Assembly (NCBI GenBank): GCA_947648765.1
Contig: CANSOY010000003.1
Location: 1 to 59,033 of the forward strand
Direction of reading: 5' to 3'
From: an uncultured Clostridium sp.
Lineage (GTDB): Bacteria; Bacillota; Clostridia; TANB77; CAG-508
Length of the DNA stretch: 59,033 nucleotides
Under the pieces are notes generated by a model. The model did no database searches, was not told the DNA's origin, and saw only the letters and a list, made by a program, of their open reading frames with translations. Shown here piece by piece: positions 31,124 through 40,422 of the stretch (positions are counted from its first letter, which is position 1; each line of letters starts with the position of its first letter). Both the position numbers and the translations under genes were made by a program.

Positions 31124-31300
31124 TTACTCTTCCAAGTTTGCTAAACCATATTCAATTACTTGATTAATGACTGCGTTAAAGCTTAAATCATATTCTTCTG
31201 CCAATTCGTTAATTTTGTCAAAGGATACACCATTGATGCGAATGGTTCTAGTTACCGTATCGCGCGATTTTTTCTGACTTACTATTTTGAGTTTGTCCAT
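31124..31300 (-). CDS. small ribbon-helix-helix-like DNA-binding protein, 58 aa
   Basis: RBS AGGTGGTG. Sequence 'MDKLKIVSQKKSRDTVTRTIRINGVSFDKINELAEEYDLSFNAVINQVIEYGLANLEE', i.e. a basic beta-strand followed by two helices. Below the ORF-track size cut-off. Confidence 0.5.
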   Translation of the reverse strand: MDKLKIVSQKKSRDTVTRTIRINGVSFDKINELAEEYDLSFNAVINQVIEYGLANLEE

Positions 31301-31349
31301 CTATTTCACCACCTACACATAATAGTACACAAAACAAATTCATAAATAA

Positions 31350-31376
31350 GTACACTAAAATGTACATTTTGTGTAC
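31350..31376. promoter_or_regulatory. operator-like inverted repeat upstream of the RHH gene
   Basis: GTACAC-T-AAAATGTACATTTT-GTGTAC, with a perfect 14-bp core palindrome at 31357-31370. A third GTACAC half-site lies at 31325-31330. Confidence 0.5.
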
Positions 31377-31410
31377 CTCTAATCATAATTGAAAAAAATT
31401 GAAAAAAACC

Positions 31411-31589
31411 TTGAAATTTGTCGACGGATTCGATAAAATATGGGAGGGTGTAAAAAATGCAAAATCTTAATGGAAAAAACGGAAATAACTTAACAAAGAA
31501 AAAAGGCAGAAGAGTGCGTTTATTTGCGTTTTCATCTTTTTCGATACGATACGAAAACTAAAAGTGTTTTAGTGTTTCGTATTTTTTTT
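31411..31589 (+). promoter_or_regulatory. uraA-upp leader: promoter, 34-codon leader ORF and intrinsic terminator (attenuator)
   Basis: TTGAAA-17-TAAAAT (31411-31439). Leader ORF 31457-31561 with RBS GGGAGGG ('MQNLNGKNGNNLTKKKGRRVRLFAFSSFSIRYEN'). Hairpin ATACGAAAACTAAAA-GTG-TTTTAGTGTTTCGTAT (31549-31582) plus T8. The ORF stop lies inside the left arm. Confidence 0.6.
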
Positions 31590-31631
31590 GTACTTTTTTA
31601 CAAAAAAGCCCAAGAAAAAAAGGAGGATTTT

Positions 31632-33032
31632 ATGAGTAATCAAAGCAAAATGATGTTAGACGTACACGAAAAGCCAAGTATTCCAAAATGGATTATACTT
31701 GCCATTCAACACGTGTTTGCCATGTTTGGTGCCACCATTTTAGTACCAATTTTGGTAAACTCTGCAGCAGGAGAAACGGTACTTACCATTCCAGTTGCAT
31801 TAGTAACCTCAGGAATAGGAACCTTAATTTACATCTTGTGTACCAGAGGAAAATCACCTGTATATCTAGGCAGCTCCTTCGCCTTTATTGCACCACTAGC
31901 CGCTGCTTATCTCAAAGGTGGAATTGGGGGAGCCATGACAGGAACTTTAGTCGTAGGACTAATCTATGTCATCACTGCTCTTATCATTAAATTAGTGGGC
32001 AAAAAATGGATGGACAAAGTACTGCCACCACTTGTGATTGGACCAATGATTATGATAATTGGATTAGGACTTGCACCAAGTGCCATATCCCAAATGGGAC
32101 TTTCAGCCGAAGTCATTCAGTGGAAAGAAGTATTTGTTGCTGTCGTAACCTTCCTTGTAACCGCTATTGTAATGGTTCGTGCAAAAGGATTTGCTCGAAT
32201 TATCCCATTTCTAATTGGAATTGTAGTAGGATACTTAACGGCTTGCGTGGTTGGATTAGTAAACTTTGCTCCAATTGCAGATGCAGCATTCTTTAGTATG
32301 CCAAGCTTCATGATTCCATTTGTCAACTATACACCAAGTCTTGGTGCGATTCTAACCATTGCACCGATTGCTTTAGTAACCATGGCAGAACATATTGGAG
32401 ATCATACAGCACTTGGACAAATTATTGGAAAAGACTTATTAAAAGACCCGGGCTTGGATAAAACTCTATTAGGAGACGGACTTGCAACCATAGCAGCAGG
32501 ACTATTAGGAGGACCAGCAAACACCACTTATGGAGAAAATACTTCTGTTGTGGGAATGACAAAAATTGCATCGGTTTGGGTTATTGGACTTGCCGCTATT
32601 TTTGCTATCTGCCTTGGATTTTTAGGAAAATTTACCGCTATCGTATCTAGTATTCCAAATGCAGTACTTGGAGGTGTATCCCTCATCCTATATGGCTTCA
32701 TTGCTGTAAATGGACTAAAAGTACTGATTCAAAACCAAGTAGACTTTAGTAAATCCAAAAATGTAGTAGTAGCCGCAACCATGCTTGTATTAGGACTTGG
32801 TGGAGCTGCTATCTCCTTTGTTAGTGGCGACTTTTCACTTACCATTTCTGGTATGAGTTTAGCAGCTGTCATCGGTGTTGTATTAAACCTTTGCTTACGC
32901 GAAAGAAAAGAAGAACGAGAAGAACTAAAAAAATTAGAAGAGAAAAAAGAAGAGAAAGAAGACACCAAAAAAGAGGAAAAAGTAGAAGCAAAACCAGAAA
33001 AGAAAACCAAGAAAGTAGCAAAGAAGGGGTAA
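31632..33032 (+). CDS. uraA: uracil/xanthine permease with K/E-rich C-terminal tail
   Basis: ATG at 31632 after AGGAGG. 'LAIQHVFAMFGATILVPILV', about 12-13 TM helices. Operon with upp. Confidence 0.9.
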   Translation: MSNQSKMMLDVHEKPSIPKWIILAIQHVFAMFGATILVPILVNSAAGETVLTIPVALVTSGIGTLIYILCTRGKSPVYLGSSFAFIAPLAAAYLKGGIGGAMTGTLVVGLIYVITALIIKLVGKKWMDKVLPPLVIGPMIMIIGLGLAPSAISQMGLSAEVIQWKEVFVAVVTFLVTAIVMVRAKGFARIIPFLIGIVVGYLTACVVGLVNFAPIADAAFFSMPSFMIPFVNYTPSLGAILTIAPIALVTMAEHIGDHTALGQIIGKDLLKDPGLDKTLLGDGLATIAAGLLGGPANTTYGENTSVVGMTKIASVWVIGLAAIFAICLGFLGKFTAIVSSIPNAVLGGVSLILYGFIAVNGLKVLIQNQVDFSKSKNVVVAATMLVLGLGGAAISFVSGDFSLTISGMSLAAVIGVVLNLCLRERKEEREELKKLEEKKEEKEDTKKEEKVEAKPEKKTKKVAKKG

Positions 33033-33035
33033 GAA

Positions 33036-33662
33036 ATGAAAGAAATTGTATTAAACCATCCATTAATTCAACACAAGTTATCCATTTTACGAGATAAAAA
33101 AACAGGTACCAAAGAATTTCGAGAAATCATTGGAGAACTTGCGATGTTCCTCTGTTATGAAGCAACCAAAGATGCTACTTTGCAAGAGGTAGAAATTGAA
33201 ACACCGATTACCAAAATGAAAACGGGAAGATTAAACGAAGACCAATATGCTTTTTTACCAATCTTGCGAGCGGGAACTGGTATGCTAGATGGAGTTATTC
33301 GTGTCATTCCAAATGCTAAAATTGGGCATATTGGAATGTACCGCGACGAAACTACTTTTGAGCCACAAAGGTATTACTATAAAGTGCCAGCAGATATTAA
33401 AAACCGAGAAGTAATTGTATTAGACCCTATGCTTGCAACTGGTGGTTCTGCAATGGATACCATTGAGCAACTAAAAAAAGAAGGGGTAACCAAAATTAAA
33501 TTCTTGTGTATTATTGCGGCACCAGAAGGACTAAAGAAAATTGAGGAAAAGCACCCAGATATTCAAATCTATTGTGCAGTTGTAGACGAAAAACTAAATG
33601 AAAATGCGTACATTGTACCAGGATTAGGCGACGCAGGGGACCGCATTTTTGGAACCAAATAG
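33036..33662 (+). CDS. upp: uracil phosphoribosyltransferase
   Basis: 'NHPLIQHKLSILRDK.T', 'LPILRAG', 'VLDPMLATGGS', 'YIVPGLGDAGDR'. Confidence 0.96.
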   Translation: MKEIVLNHPLIQHKLSILRDKKTGTKEFREIIGELAMFLCYEATKDATLQEVEIETPITKMKTGRLNEDQYAFLPILRAGTGMLDGVIRVIPNAKIGHIGMYRDETTFEPQRYYYKVPADIKNREVIVLDPMLATGGSAMDTIEQLKKEGVTKIKFLCIIAAPEGLKKIEEKHPDIQIYCAVVDEKLNENAYIVPGLGDAGDRIFGTK

Positions 33663-33698
33663 CATTTGAAAAAGATTGCAAAATATGATAATGTATAC

Positions 33699-33733
33699 GA
33701 AAAGGATTAGCGTAAAGTCTAATCCTTTTCATA
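33699..33733 (+). terminator. terminator hairpin after upp, also in the 5' region of the next ORF
   Basis: AAAAGGATTAG-CGTAAAGT-CTAATCCTTTT, then CATATT. Confidence 0.6.
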
Positions 33734-33758
33734 TTCGCAAAAGAAAGGAAATAATCGT

Positions 33759-34157
33759 ATGGTATCTTATGCAAGGTCAACGTATGCGAAAGCAAAAAAA
33801 TTTCAAGAAAAATTAGAAGAACTACAAAAAACAATTCAGCCAGCCACTATTCGAGCATACTTATTCACAAAACAAGAACAAAATGTGGAAAACGTAGCCG
33901 AAAAATTGCAATTAAGTGAAGAACAAATTGCCCAAATCGACGAATTAGAAGCAATCCGAATGAGTGGTATTCAAGCAGAAATGCAATATGCACTTGCACA
34001 AGCCGAAAAAAATGGAATTTTCCTATCAGAAGAAATTGTATCAGGAGAAGCAATATTTCCATCGATAGACAAGGAATTACTAAAAAAAGTACCAAGTTTA
34101 GGTGTTTACAATCTTTTTTTGCTGTTCACAAAGGAGGAATTGGATACAAAAGGATAA
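33759..34157 (+). CDS. hypothetical protein, 132 aa
   Basis: ORF with a weak RBS, helical and E/Q-rich, no recognisable motif. An upstream promoter-like element (33666-33694) resembles those of the next three small ORFs. Confidence 0.4.
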   Translation: MVSYARSTYAKAKKFQEKLEELQKTIQPATIRAYLFTKQEQNVENVAEKLQLSEEQIAQIDELEAIRMSGIQAEMQYALAQAEKNGIFLSEEIVSGEAIFPSIDKELLKKVPSLGVYNLFLLFTKEELDTKG

Positions 34158-34178
34158 AAGAAAATACGTTGGCGTGGT

Positions 34179-34207
34179 TTGAAAACGTTATGTAAATATG
34201 ATATAAT
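34179..34207 (+). promoter_or_regulatory. sigma-A promoter of ORF 34293
   Basis: TTGAAA-ACGTTATGTAAATATGA-TATAAT. Confidence 0.6.
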
Positions 34208-34292
34208 AGTGGATAGAAACCTTTCGCAAAACTCCGTTTCAACTATGTTCCTATCAACTTACGACCGTGCTAATGCACAAGGAGGAAGGAAA

Positions 34293-34730
34293 ATGGCAAA
34301 GTTTGAGAATGAGGGTTGGTGCCCGAACAACACAGTTTGCAGAAATCTGCTGGGAGCAGAGGATAATCGGCTACTCGGCCTGTGGTCCATCATTGGACCG
34401 AGCGTGGTATGTGCCCGTGTCGACCAGGAGCAAATCGATGTTGACACAGAGGCTGTCAACGAGATGTTCACGAGCGACCCCATCGCCTACCGGCTCATGC
34501 AGAGCATTATCACGTACAGCCACAAAATGGACAAAATCCGTATCTTCCAGAGCCACAAGGACGGCTGCAACAATATGCAGAACTTCCGAGGCGTTTTGGA
34601 AACCATCCAAAAGGCGAGGAACCCGTTTCTGGTGGTGGAAAACCGGAGCCGGTTCGCTGTGATTATCACGGGAAGTGAGGACGAAACTATTGTTGACTTG
34701 TATGTGTGGGACCTTGCCAACTGCTGGTAA
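34293..34730 (+). CDS. hypothetical protein, 145 aa, strongly G+C-enriched ORF
   Basis: ATG at 34293 after AAGGAGGAAGG. 'MAKFENEGWCPNNTVCRNLLG...'. I count 34/60 G+C in 34381-34440 against 17/60 in 33781-33840. Four in-frame CGG codons. Confidence 0.6.
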   Translation: MAKFENEGWCPNNTVCRNLLGAEDNRLLGLWSIIGPSVVCARVDQEQIDVDTEAVNEMFTSDPIAYRLMQSIITYSHKMDKIRIFQSHKDGCNNMQNFRGVLETIQKARNPFLVVENRSRFAVIITGSEDETIVDLYVWDLANCW

Positions 34731-34849
34731 ACCGAGCCAGGAGCCTCAGAGCAGAACTTTTGCTCTGGGGCTCTACCCTTTTTGAGAAAAATGTGATACA
34801 ATAAAAATATCTAAAAAAAAGAAGCATAGAATGGTAAAAAGATCAAAAA

Positions 34850-34878
34850 TTGAAAATCAACATAAAATATGATATAAT
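34850..34878 (+). promoter_or_regulatory. sigma-A promoter of ORF 34912
   Basis: TTGAAA-ATCAACATAAAATATGA-TATAAT. Confidence 0.6.
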
Positions 34879-34911
34879 CATAACGAACGAAGCATTTAGG
34901 AGGAGAAAATT

Positions 34912-35346
34912 ATGCAGTTAGATGATAACAGCATAATCCGAATGAAAGAAGTCCTAGCAAAAGGAGAAACCATTCCTTTTGGTTCACAAGATGAGATGCT
35001 TACGGCGGTAGCAGGGCTTCTAGCAAGTGGATACCAAGATAATTTAGAAAACTGGAAAGTAGCTGCGGCAAATGACCGTATCGAACAACAATATTGGACA
35101 CAACGTATCCAAAAAGAAGTTGTGCCTTTTGCAGACGCGGTTAAAGAAGCGATTACAGAAGAGGCAAAGGCCCAAAGCCCGATTTACCAAAACCAAGTGA
35201 TTAAGATAAATAGTCAAAAAAGCCCAAAGGTAATCGAAGCAGGACTAAAAGCAGTCCAATCCAGCATGCCAGTGGGCAGTATCTTCCCAAGAAATGCGAC
35301 TTATGTAGTAGACTTAAAAGAAAATAAAATCCGAAGAGATCGCTAA
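34912..35346 (+). CDS. hypothetical protein, 144 aa (low-GC paralogue of 41985-42434)
   Basis: RBS AGGAGG. 'MQLDDNSIIRMKEVLAKGETIPFGSQDEM...SPKVIEAGLKAVQSSMPVGSIFPRNATYVVDLKENK' aligns end-to-end with the 41985 ORF. Confidence 0.65.
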   Translation: MQLDDNSIIRMKEVLAKGETIPFGSQDEMLTAVAGLLASGYQDNLENWKVAAANDRIEQQYWTQRIQKEVVPFADAVKEAITEEAKAQSPIYQNQVIKINSQKSPKVIEAGLKAVQSSMPVGSIFPRNATYVVDLKENKIRRDR

Positions 35347-35381
35347 AAAGAAACTAGAAAGCAAAAACTAGTTTCTTTTTT
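35347..35381 (+). terminator. rho-independent terminator
   Basis: AAGAAACTAG-N10-CTAGTTTCTT plus T-run. Confidence 0.8.
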
Positions 35382-35493
35382 GATGAAAAATCGTCATAAA
35401 AAGTGGCAAGGAAAAGTATTTTTGATATTGTACAAAACCAATGGATATGCTACAATAAAATTGTGATAAAATGTAAAATAGGGAGAGATTTCG

Positions 35494-38400
35494 ATGAAAA
35501 AAACACACAAACGAGGAAAAATCTTTTTAATTAGTTTTTGTATGTTATTATTAGCCGGTATTGGGCTTTATTTTGTTAGCACAAAAGCCCGTTACAAAGA
35601 AATACCGCCATATAATCTATTTACCTATCAAACCGGCAGTAGTGAAATTGCAACGGGAGAAGAAACCATAGTAGCCACAGAAAAGCAGACTGCCGAGCCA
35701 ATGGCAGAGGCGACCAGTGAACCAGAAGCAGAAGAAGAAACTGACACGCCAAGTGAAGAGAAAGAATTTATTTACTTATCCGATATTAACTATCTAAGAG
35801 CAACTGTTGGTTGGAGTACTGTCTTTTTTGATAAAAACAATGATAACACACCACTTAACCTAAAAATCAATGGTTCCAACTTAGAAGTCAAAAAAGGAAT
35901 TTGGGCGCATGCTACCTCTACGGTTGATTATGATATTAGCGAATATAGTGAGGATTACACACACTTTATTACCTACTATGGCATTAGTACCAAGGTAGCC
36001 AACGCAGGAGATGGTGTAAAATTCTATATCTATACCTCCAATGACGGAGAGCACTGGGATTTACGTACCGAAGAAAATCCACAACCAATGAAAAGTGCAG
36101 ACAATGCAGTTTACTGCAAAATCCCACTCAATGGAGCCAAATATCTTAGACTATATGCCCATCAAAACGGAACCACTGCACAAGATAACTCGGTATGGGG
36201 CGATTGTAAACTAGTAAAAAGCACCTATCAAGACAATATCATGATGACCGTAGAAGAATTTGACGAAATCCTAAGACCAACCTATCAAAGAGGGCAAATT
36301 CGTGAAGACGCTGTCCTTCCTCTATTACAAAGAGAATTTATTAAAAATGTAGGACAATACCAATTACGTTGTTTTGTAGACGAGAAACCAGAGCACAAAG
36401 AAACCTTGGAATGGTTTTTACGTGACGAAAAAGCACTACGCTTATGGACAATGGGTGGTCCACCAAATGGAAGCTATTTGCAATCCTTACGTGTATTAAA
36501 CAATCTCTACCATGCACATGGAGAAGACCTAGAAGCAACAGGAGAAACTGCAAACGGAGTACCATATAAAGACTTATACCTAAGAATGATGTTATCGTTA
36601 TCCTTATCCCATTCCGTTAATGTAAGTCTATGGGCAGGAAATAATCCACCATCTAATCCAGTTACAAGATATGAAATCTATAAACAAATGCACTTAGATG
36701 GACTACTTGCCAATAGCCGAATGTTTGAAAACTTTACTGTCGAAGAAATGAGAATTGTACTGTTTACGAATATTGATGACGAAGAAATTATGTGGTTACA
36801 TGACTACTCCAAAAAATTCTCCAGTACAGTAGACCGTTTCAATCCATTCAAATACATGGACTATGTCATGCCACAATATTATAATTACTATAGACCACAA
36901 TACTATAGTGCGGAAAACTACGATAAATGGAACCAAAAATATAACCTAGCCAAATATAACATTACTTATCAATCAGGTGTTCCAAAACTATGGATTGTTT
37001 TTGAAGAAGGAGCAGTTTGTGGAGGACTTTCCAAAACAGCCGCTAACCTCTATGGCGTATGGGGTTACCCAGCCAAAGTTTGTGGGCAACCAGGACACGC
37101 AGCATATATCTACCTAGCAGATGCAGGTGGTGGAAGAAATACTTGGCGTCTATCGTATAACGTTGTAGGAGGTGCTTGGGCAAACACTGGTAGTGGAGGA
37201 CGTATTCCAAACGGTTGGGGACATCGTTATGCAACCAATGGAGGAGGCATCCAAAACGCATCCTACCACTTCCTAGCACAAGATGCACAAAACGAATACG
37301 ACAAATATGAAAAATCAGAATTGATCTTATTACAAGAAAATATGTATCAAGATGACCGTGCAAAACTAGAAAATATTTACCGAGATGCACTAGAAGAAGA
37401 AATCATTAACCTTGACGCATGGATTGGTTTAGTGGATTTATGTATTACAGACCCATCTGCAACAGAAGAGGATGTACTAGAACTAGCCGAAGAAATTGCG
37501 GATGTTATGAAATACCACCCATTACCAATGTACGATTTAACCAGAAGACTAGAAACCAAACTAACCACACCACAAAATCGTAGCCGTTTGATGTTATTAC
37601 AAGAAAACACATTGAAAAATGCGACCCATGCACCAGCATCTGCCACCCTTTATGCTTCTGAAATTAAAGTGGTAGCAGAACAACTATTAGGCATTAAAAA
37701 TCCAAGCCTTGCCAATTTCTCTTTTGATGGAGCAAATGCTGGAAAAATTATGCTATCCAGCCAATTAAGAAGTGCCCAAGTAAATTGGAGTTACAGCCTA
37801 GATGGAGGAAGTTCTTGGACGGATTGCTATGAGCATGATGCCATCTTGACACCAGAAGAAATCGCAAGTATTACAGCAGAGCAAGACATTAAAATCCACA
37901 TTTCTGGATTACCAATGACAGAAGCCAATATTTACACCATCGATATTACCAAAAGAGCTTTCCCAGGCGGTGTTACTATGAATGACGAAGAAGACCGCTT
38001 GTATGGGGCAACCAATGAAATGGAATGGACATTAGACCAAAGTAAAGGTTGGAATTCCTTTGATGGTAGCAACCCAATTTTTGAAGGAGAAAAAGTGGTA
38101 TACGTCCGTATTGTAGGAACTGGAACACAATTACCAAGTAATCCAGTCGTCTTCACTTTCCATAAAAACAATTCAGATGATACAAAATGGTATATCAAAC
38201 CAAAATTCCTACAAATACACGAAGTAAATGGAACATGGTCAGGAGATCCAAACAATCTTTTAGATGGAAACTTAAATACCTATTGGCGTTCTACCAAAGG
38301 TCAATTACCAGCCCATGTATCAGTTAAACTAGACCAACCAAGATATATTTCTAAACTAGAATTTGCACCAGATAAAAACGCGAAATATTTGAATTTTATC

Positions 38401-40344
38401 CCATATGGAAGACCGAGCAAAGCAGATATTTATGTCAGCATGGATGGAGAAACCTGGGAATTAGCAGCAACGGGAACAAATTTAGGCGATAGTGATGGAC
38501 TAAAAACCATCAATTTCGCAGAGCCGAAAAAAGCACTATACGTTAAGTTTGAATGTACAGCAATCTACTCGGGAGATTATACAACCCTCGCATTATCGGT
38601 CTTAAAACTATATGAAAATGTTGTTGTCAACGAAAAACCAAGAGCAGATGTCAACTACAGTATTACTACTCCAACCTGTCAAGATGTAACCGCAGAATTA
38701 GTCAATTTAATTCGACCAATCACGGTAACCAACAACAATGGTTCCTTAACCCACACTTTTACCGAAAATGGTACCTTTACTTTTGAATTTGTGGACGAAG
38801 ACGGAAATACCGGTAGTGCGACAGCAACGGTCGATTGGATTGACAAAACGGTACCAAACGCAATCGTTAAATTTAGTACCACAGAGCCAACCAATCAAGA
38901 GGTTATAGCAACGATTACCTTTGATAAACCAAATGTAACGATTTTATCCAATAATATTCAACCAACGGAAACGGGAGAATATAACATTACCTTTGAAGAA
39001 AATACACAATACCAACTCAGATTTTCCGATGCACTTGGAAATATTGGAACCCAAACCGTTGGTGTTGATTGGATTGATAAAGAACCACCAACAGCGGATT
39101 TAGTTTACAGCACCACACACTTAACAGACCAACCAGTAACGGTAACATTAGAGCCAAACGAACCAATTACGGTAACGAATAACAATCACTCTTTAACCCA
39201 TACTTTCATGAAAAACGGAGATTTTACGTTTGAGATTGTAGACCGTGCTGGCAATACCAACACCATTACAGCAAGTGTCAACTGGATTGCTAAAATGCCA
39301 GAATATACCTTGACCTATTCTACCCAAGAATGGACAACAGGAAATGTTACAGTAACACTTGAAATCGAAGACGGATACACCATTATTAGCAATGGTGGTA
39401 GCAAAGTATATACTTTTACCAAAAATGGAGAAGATGGTTTTGAATTCCGTTCTCCAGACGGAAATACCGGAAGAATACCAATCCGTGTGGACTGGATTGA
39501 CCGCGAGAAACCAACCGCAGAAGTAGCATTTAGTACAACGAATAAAACCAATCAACCAGTAAAAGCAACGATTACACCAAATGAACCAGTAACTGTGCTA
39601 AGTGAAGGCGGATTATCTCATACCTTCACCCAAGATGGTACCTTTACCTTTGAATTAGAAGACCGTGCTGGAAACCGTAACACCATCCCAGTTACTGTCG
39701 ATTGGATTGATATGGTAAAACCAAATGCAACCCTATCCTATGATAAGACTGAAAAAACAGACACCGATGTAACCGTAACCATCACTTTCGATAAACCTAA
39801 TGTAACGGTTACGAATAACAACCATGCTACCACATATACCTTTACCAAAAACGGAAAATTCACGTTCCAATTTGTGGACGAAGCAGGAAACACCAACAGC
39901 ATAACAGCAGAAGTTACTTGGATTGAAAAGAAAGAGCCAGTAACACCGCCAGAGGACATTACATCCAGCAAGTATGAAATTAAAGACAAGAAAATCCGAA
40001 ACGTGCCATTAGATTTAGCCGTTAGTGAATTCCGCAAAAATATCCAATCCACGGAAAAAGTAATTCTAAAAGACCGAAACGAGAAAGTCTTAGCAGAAAA
40101 TGCGAAGATTGGAACAGGAAGTAAAGCCTATGTCGGAAAAAATGTCTATACCTTTGTGGTAAAAGCAGACATTGATGGAAACGGAAGTATTAACTTAACC
40201 GACCTTGCTAAAATCTGCTTGCACTATATCGAAGACGAACTTTTGGAAAATGAATACTTTGAAGCAGCAGACTTAGACGATAACAAGAAAATAAGCATAA
40301 CGGACTTAGCAAAAATACAGTTAATGCTAATTGAAAGCAATTAA
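35494..40344 (+). CDS. 1616-aa extracellular multidomain protein: signal anchor, NPCBM-like module, uncharacterised Cys/His-containing core, F5/8 type C (discoidin) domain, ~6 Ig-like repeats, C-terminal dockerin
   Basis: NPCBM-like 'FIYLSDINYLRATVGWS...IWAHATSTVDYDI' (about 35764-36230). Discoidin 'NLLDGNLNTYWRS'. Repeated '(V/I)(D/N)WI(D/A/E)K..P.A' Ig-type units (about 38640-39950). Dockerin 'DIDGNGSINLTDLAKI...DLDDNKKISITDLAKIQ' (about 40130-40341). Confidence 0.8.
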   Translation: MKKTHKRGKIFLISFCMLLLAGIGLYFVSTKARYKEIPPYNLFTYQTGSSEIATGEETIVATEKQTAEPMAEATSEPEAEEETDTPSEEKEFIYLSDINYLRATVGWSTVFFDKNNDNTPLNLKINGSNLEVKKGIWAHATSTVDYDISEYSEDYTHFITYYGISTKVANAGDGVKFYIYTSNDGEHWDLRTEENPQPMKSADNAVYCKIPLNGAKYLRLYAHQNGTTAQDNSVWGDCKLVKSTYQDNIMMTVEEFDEILRPTYQRGQIREDAVLPLLQREFIKNVGQYQLRCFVDEKPEHKETLEWFLRDEKALRLWTMGGPPNGSYLQSLRVLNNLYHAHGEDLEATGETANGVPYKDLYLRMMLSLSLSHSVNVSLWAGNNPPSNPVTRYEIYKQMHLDGLLANSRMFENFTVEEMRIVLFTNIDDEEIMWLHDYSKKFSSTVDRFNPFKYMDYVMPQYYNYYRPQYYSAENYDKWNQKYNLAKYNITYQSGVPKLWIVFEEGAVCGGLSKTAANLYGVWGYPAKVCGQPGHAAYIYLADAGGGRNTWRLSYNVVGGAWANTGSGGRIPNGWGHRYATNGGGIQNASYHFLAQDAQNEYDKYEKSELILLQENMYQDDRAKLENIYRDALEEEIINLDAWIGLVDLCITDPSATEEDVLELAEEIADVMKYHPLPMYDLTRRLETKLTTPQNRSRLMLLQENTLKNATHAPASATLYASEIKVVAEQLLGIKNPSLANFSFDGANAGKIMLSSQLRSAQVNWSYSLDGGSSWTDCYEHDAILTPEEIASITAEQDIKIHISGLPMTEANIYTIDITKRAFPGGVTMNDEEDRLYGATNEMEWTLDQSKGWNSFDGSNPIFEGEKVVYVRIVGTGTQLPSNPVVFTFHKNNSDDTKWYIKPKFLQIHEVNGTWSGDPNNLLDGNLNTYWRSTKGQLPAHVSVKLDQPRYISKLEFAPDKNAKYLNFIPYGRPSKADIYVSMDGETWELAATGTNLGDSDGLKTINFAEPKKALYVKFECTAIYSGDYTTLALSVLKLYENVVVNEKPRADVNYSITTPTCQDVTAELVNLIRPITVTNNNGSLTHTFTENGTFTFEFVDEDGNTGSATATVDWIDKTVPNAIVKFSTTEPTNQEVIATITFDKPNVTILSNNIQPTETGEYNITFEENTQYQLRFSDALGNIGTQTVGVDWIDKEPPTADLVYSTTHLTDQPVTVTLEPNEPITVTNNNHSLTHTFMKNGDFTFEIVDRAGNTNTITASVNWIAKMPEYTLTYSTQEWTTGNVTVTLEIEDGYTIISNGGSKVYTFTKNGEDGFEFRSPDGNTGRIPIRVDWIDREKPTAEVAFSTTNKTNQPVKATITPNEPVTVLSEGGLSHTFTQDGTFTFELEDRAGNRNTIPVTVDWIDMVKPNATLSYDKTEKTDTDVTVTITFDKPNVTVTNNNHATTYTFTKNGKFTFQFVDEAGNTNSITAEVTWIEKKEPVTPPEDITSSKYEIKDKKIRNVPLDLAVSEFRKNIQSTEKVILKDRNEKVLAENAKIGTGSKAYVGKNVYTFVVKADIDGNGSINLTDLAKICLHYIEDELLENEYFEAADLDDNKKISITDLAKIQLMLIESN

Positions 40345-40351
40345 AACGAAA

Positions 40352-40385
40352 AAGGAACAAGACGAAAATCTTGTTTCTTTTTTTC
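40352..40385 (+). terminator. rho-independent terminator
   Basis: GGAACAAGA-CGAAAA-TCTTGTTTC plus T-run. Confidence 0.75.
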
Positions 40386-40422
40386 GTAAGCCATGCTATA
40401 ATATCCCTCAGAGGTTAGAAAT

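Noticed and set aside
31440-31631. PyrR-binding anti-antiterminator in the uraA leader
   Set aside because: I looked for the conserved PyrR loop (UCCAGAGAGG-like) and found nothing resembling it.
34267-34801. Long alternative-frame ORFs (34267-34662 +, 34371-34610 -, 34487-34801 -), and similarly 42027-42431 - and 42281-42565 -
   Set aside because: They are by-products of the elevated G+C (few stop codons) inside the two GC-rich small ORFs. The frames chosen have an RBS, a promoter and, for 41985, a paralogue.
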